Below, piece after piece: positions 62,730 through 64,000 of a stretch of 64,000 bases of DNA. Where the stretch lies: the NCBI GenBank assembly GCA_048571215.1, contig CP182352.1:3072001-3136000 (forward strand). The letters are read 5' to 3'. The notes under the pieces were generated by a model. That model saw nothing but the letters and a program-made list of their open reading frames with translations, searched no databases and was not told the origin of the DNA. Within the stretch, counting starts at the first letter, position 1; every line of letters starts with the position of its first letter. The position numbers were made by a program, and so were the translations under genes. The DNA is from Halarcobacter sp. GTDB taxonomy: Bacteria > Campylobacterota > Campylobacteria > Campylobacterales > Arcobacteraceae.

Positions 62730-63197
62730 TTGAAAATATTAGGAATAGACCCAGGTACAAAAAATTGTGGATATGCAGTTATTGAAAAAAATGGAAGAGA
62801 TATGAAACTGCTTGAAGCAGGCTTAGTGAAGATAAAAACAACTATACTTCAAGAGCAAATTGTAGAGATGACAGAGGGTCTTGATATGATATTTAAAAAA
62901 TATGATTTAAATGAAGTGGCCATAGAAGATATGTTTTATGCTTTTAATCCAAAAACTGTAATAAAACTTGCTCAATTTAGGGGAGCTATTTCACTAAAAG
63001 TTTTACAAGAGTTTGGTAATTTTGCAGAGTATACACCTTTGCAAGTAAAAAAAGCAGTTACTGGAAATGGGAAAGCACAAAAAGAGCAAGTAGCTTTTAT
63101 GGTAAAAAGACTTTTAGGAATAAAAAAAGAGATTAAACCCTTAGATATTACAGATGCTATTGCTATTGCTTTAACACATGCGCAAAGATTAAGATGA
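62730..63197 (+). CDS. ruvC: Holliday junction resolvase RuvC
   Basis: [36 protein letters not shown]. Confidence 0.96.
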   Translation: MKILGIDPGTKNCGYAVIEKNGRDMKLLEAGLVKIKTTILQEQIVEMTEGLDMIFKKYDLNEVAIEDMFYAFNPKTVIKLAQFRGAISLKVLQEFGNFAEYTPLQVKKAVTGNGKAQKEQVAFMVKRLLGIKKEIKPLDITDAIAIALTHAQRLR

Positions 63198-64000
63198 AAA
63201 ATCTTCCAATAATTGCTTTTTGGGCTTTAGGACTTATTTGGGGAAGTAATTTCATTTATATGAAAATGGCAGCTGTTTATATAAGCCCTATGCAAGTTGT
63301 TTTTTTTAGAGTTTTATTTGGATTTATTCCAGTATTGTTATATGCTATTTATACAAAAAGTTTAAAAATAGAAGATTTAAAATATAGTTTTCATTTTATT
63401 ATCATGTCTTTACTTGCAACGGTTATTTATTATTTTGGATTTGTAAAAGGTTGTGATTTGCTTTTATCAGGTGTTGCAGGGGCATTAAGTGGTTCCATCC
63501 CACTTTTTTCATTTTTATTAGCAGCTATTTTTTTAAAAGAAGAAAAAATTACAAAGTTAGCTTTTTTGGGTGTTTTTATCGGTTTTTTAGGAGTTATTCT
63601 AATAAGTGATGTTTTTAATGAAAACATTATGGCTTCAAGTATTGAAGGGATGTTTTCTATGATTTTAGGATCCTTAAGTGTAGGAGCATCTTTTATTTAT
63701 GCCAAAAAATATGTTATGCCTTTAAAACTAAAAGCTCAAGCACTTACTACTTATCAATTGGGTTTTGGGGTAGTGATTTTATTATTTATTACAGATTTTA
63801 ATGGGATAAATAATATTTGGCAAGATACTCATAGTGCTCTTGGTTTGGTAGTTGGTTTAGGATTGTTGGGTACTGGATTGGCTTATATTATTTATTATTA
63901 TATGATCGAAAAATTAGGGGCTTTGAAGGCTTCATCTATTACATATATTCCACCTGTTGTTGCACTTATTATTGCAGTATTTATTGTGGGAGAAGATATT
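63194..64000 (+). CDS. DMT/EamA transporter, 3'-truncated by the window edge (absent from the ORF track)
   Basis: The ATG overlaps the ruvC stop (ATGA). Reads [20 protein letters not shown]...[14 protein letters not shown], open to the window end. Confidence 0.85.
   Translation, partial: MKNLPIIAFWALGLIWGSNFIYMKMAAVYISPMQVVFFRVLFGFIPVLLYAIYTKSLKIEDLKYSFHFIIMSLLATVIYYFGFVKGCDLLLSGVAGALSGSIPLFSFLLAAIFLKEEKITKLAFLGVFIGFLGVILISDVFNENIMASSIEGMFSMILGSLSVGASFIYAKKYVMPLKLKAQALTTYQLGFGVVILLFITDFNGINNIWQDTHSALGLVVGLGLLGTGLAYIIYYYMIEKLGALKASSITYIPPVVALIIAVFIVGEDI

Overview
AT-rich chromosomal window, most likely from an Arcobacteraceae (Campylobacterota) genome, judging by the ruvC-dnaA-dnaN-gyrB order, TCAC-core DnaA boxes, fused urease gamma/beta subunit and the SRP RNA sequence. 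The right end contains the replication origin. Bases 1-19.2 kb are a nitrogen-scavenging block: a guanidinobutyrase/permease/aldehyde dehydrogenase/GabT cluster, a polar amino-acid-type ABC importer, and gntR-puuE-alc-allA-glcB running into ureABEFG with no ureD. Next come MarR/TetR genes with an efflux-gene scar, the SRP RNA, and a two-component pair upstream of a two-partner secretion locus whose 2756-aa passenger has GLUG repeats and 16 apparently identical 261-bp repeats. After queF and a TrxB-like gene lies an accessory signalling block of about 20 kb. It holds a class III adenylate cyclase with a TPR lipoprotein, a TmpL-like membrane flavoprotein, an exported rhodanese with an orphan kinase, and a PLP amino-acid decarboxylase / dCache hybrid kinase / REC-GGDEF operon. 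That operon is the best candidate for an undescribed amine-signal-to-c-di-GMP circuit. A type IV (AbiEii) toxin-antitoxin pair and an ERIC-like palindromic element abut gyrB. All calls come from reading motifs by eye; no database searches were run.
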